Source: an uncultured Bifidobacteriaceae bacterium
GTDB taxonomy: Bacteria; Actinomycetota; Actinomycetes; Actinomycetales; Bifidobacteriaceae
DNA length: 64,000 bases
Reading direction: 5' to 3'
NCBI GenBank assembly: GCA_964451025.1
Contig: CAYVHC010000002.1
Coordinates: 10,077-74,076 of the forward strand
Shown one piece after another: positions 62,597 through 64,000 of this stretch. Within the stretch, counting starts at the first letter, position 1, and every line of letters begins with the position of its first letter. The notes beneath the pieces were generated by a model. It was not told the origin of the DNA, ran no database searches, and was given only the letters and a program-made list of their open reading frames with translations. The translations under genes were made by a program, and so were the position numbers.

Positions 62597-62722
62597 CCTC
62601 CCGGCGAAAAAGATACCGTGGATTTCACCGGGAGGGTGTGCATCATGCGATGCGGGGAATGGAGTCGAGCCCCGAATTTGTGCGAAGGAAAAAAGAGGAG
62701 TCCACGGTCGATCCGGGGCTCG
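62597..62722 (-). ncRNA. Candidate structured RNA: two hairpins with complementary loops
   Basis: Stems CCTCCCGG/CCGGGAGG and CGAGCCCCG/CGGGGCTCG; loops carry ACCGTGGA and TCCACGGT; plus-strand mismatches become G-U on the minus strand. Confidence 0.4.
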
Positions 62723-62956
62723 CAATGGAATCTGTTGTTATGGAATATGCCGTGATGGAATCTGCCTAGGATTGATTCCATCTGCAGTGCCATCCATCGG
62801 ATGAACAATCGTCATGAAGGATTCATCGGATGGACTGTCTGCCTGTGGCATATATGGGTGGGTGGCATTCGCCCAGCGGCATGGGGCGAATGCCGACTCG
62901 TGGTTTGCAGTCACTGTGCATCACGATGCGAGTCGTGTTGCCTGTGGTGCGGTGTG

Positions 62957-63247
62957 TCATGATGCAAACAGGCGAGAAGCTTGCGTTTCGGCTTCTGAAT
63001 ACACCGCCGATGCACGGCTCAGCGCATTCTGAATGCTTTCCAGTGATGCTTCCATCTGCTGCTGTGCGGAACGCCATTGGGTCATGAGGCTACCAAACTG
63101 GTTGGCGGCTCCGCCTCGCCAGACGTTTTGCAGCTGGGTGAGGTTGGAATACATGCCGTTGACCGAGGAGCGAATTTGCGCAACGGACTGTTGCACTGCG
63201 GCGCTCGATGTCTGGATCTGTTCCGAATCGACTTGATACTGGGGCAT
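62957..63247 (-). CDS. WXG100 family (ESAT-6-like) protein
   Basis: 96 aa, central WRG motif, GGAGGT SD. Confidence 0.92.
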   Translation of the reverse strand: MPQYQVDSEQIQTSSAAVQQSVAQIRSSVNGMYSNLTQLQNVWRGGAANQFGSLMTQWRSAQQQMEASLESIQNALSRASAVYSEAETQASRLFAS

Positions 63248-63613
63248 TGCTGTCACCTCCTTCCGGGGATCGTGGGTGGGCATTCGTATGGATATGTCCC
63301 GCCCCGTGCACTGGGCGGATTGTCATGACGCTTGCGACGATACGTCATGCGCGCGCTGTTTCCGCGGCATTATGACGAATGTGGACCGTCGTGAAACGTT
63401 CGGATTGGGATGAAGTCGTCGAATCGTTGGGAATCGTGGATTCCTGTGGTGTGTTTTCAATCGTTGATCTGCATCCACACCATGGCAGTGTTTCAGCAAA
63501 CGTTGTGCTTACGGTAAGGCAACCATGCTGTAGTGCAGAAGGGAATAAAAGATTCGCTAAAGATGCAGGATGTTTTCAGGAAAAAATCAGGCTATAATGC
63601 CATGCTTTCAAAC

Positions 63614-64000
63614 ATGGCAAAGAATTTGGAAGCGACCATTGTTGTAGTTGATGACGAGCCCTCGATACGAGAGTTGCTATCGGCCTCGCTGCATTTCTCG
63701 GGGTTCGAAGTCAAGACAGCTGCCTCCGGTGGTGAAGCCCTTGAAGTCATTCGTGACGCCAATCCCGATCTGATCATCATGGATGTGATGCTGCCTGATA
63801 TCGATGGATTCACCGTGACTCGCCGCATTCGCCAGGAGGGAATGGACGCGCCGGTTCTCTTCCTGACCGCGCGTGATGACACCCAGGACAAGATCATGGG
63901 TCTGACCGTTGGTGGTGACGACTATGTGACGAAGCCGTTTTCCCTTGAGGAAGTCATCGCCCGCATCAGGGCGATTTTGCGACGTACGAAGGGCGAGGAC
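63614..64000 (+). CDS. OmpR/PhoB-family response regulator (truncated by window end)
   Basis: Hand translation: VVDDEPSIRELL, DLIIMDVMLPD, FLTARDD, GGDDYVTKPF; TATAAT at 63593. Confidence 0.92.
   Translation, partial: MAKNLEATIVVVDDEPSIRELLSASLHFSGFEVKTAASGGEALEVIRDANPDLIIMDVMLPDIDGFTVTRRIRQEGMDAPVLFLTARDDTQDKIMGLTVGGDDYVTKPFSLEEVIARIRAILRRTKGED

Noticed and set aside
62957-63247. Type VII secretion locus around WXG100
   Set aside because: No EccC/EssC or other T7SS genes in the window; an orphan WXG100 beside groEL matches my recollection of the usual bifidobacterial arrangement

Overview
GC-rich actinobacterial chromosome segment whose gene content and order (murI, patatin, dapF, VKOR, PHP, groEL, WXG100, response regulator; MCTGVRF-type bile salt hydrolase) point to the Bifidobacteriaceae. 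It carries about 50 genes, including an aminotransferase/PanE-like pair, metQNI, a complete taurine-to-isethionate cluster (tauE, PucR regulator, toa, tauF, tauCAB), six zinc-independent ribosomal protein paralogs with a CobW-like gene and a Zur/Fur-type operator, and the nrtR-nadA-nadB-nadC-iscS operon with two NrtR boxes. An accessory block at about 34-52 kb holds nucleases, a nucleotidase, hypotheticals and a GH13 enzyme. No tRNA, rRNA, transposase, integrase or CRISPR-Cas was found. Top leads: (1) three promoters share an ATAAG-N7-KAKAR motif exactly 48 nt before their -10 boxes, suggesting a methionine hydroxy/keto-acid salvage regulon; (2) an HTH plus CBM25-like fusion protein near the GH13 gene; (3) a C9A7 slippery tract that uncouples a strong upstream start from a surface protein gene; (4) a two-hairpin kissing-loop RNA candidate downstream of WXG100; (5) a tandem-domain protein, DEDDh exonuclease, NT5C and NERD cluster; (6) a DnaA-box cluster away from oriC. 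All family calls come from motif recognition by eye, not database searches.
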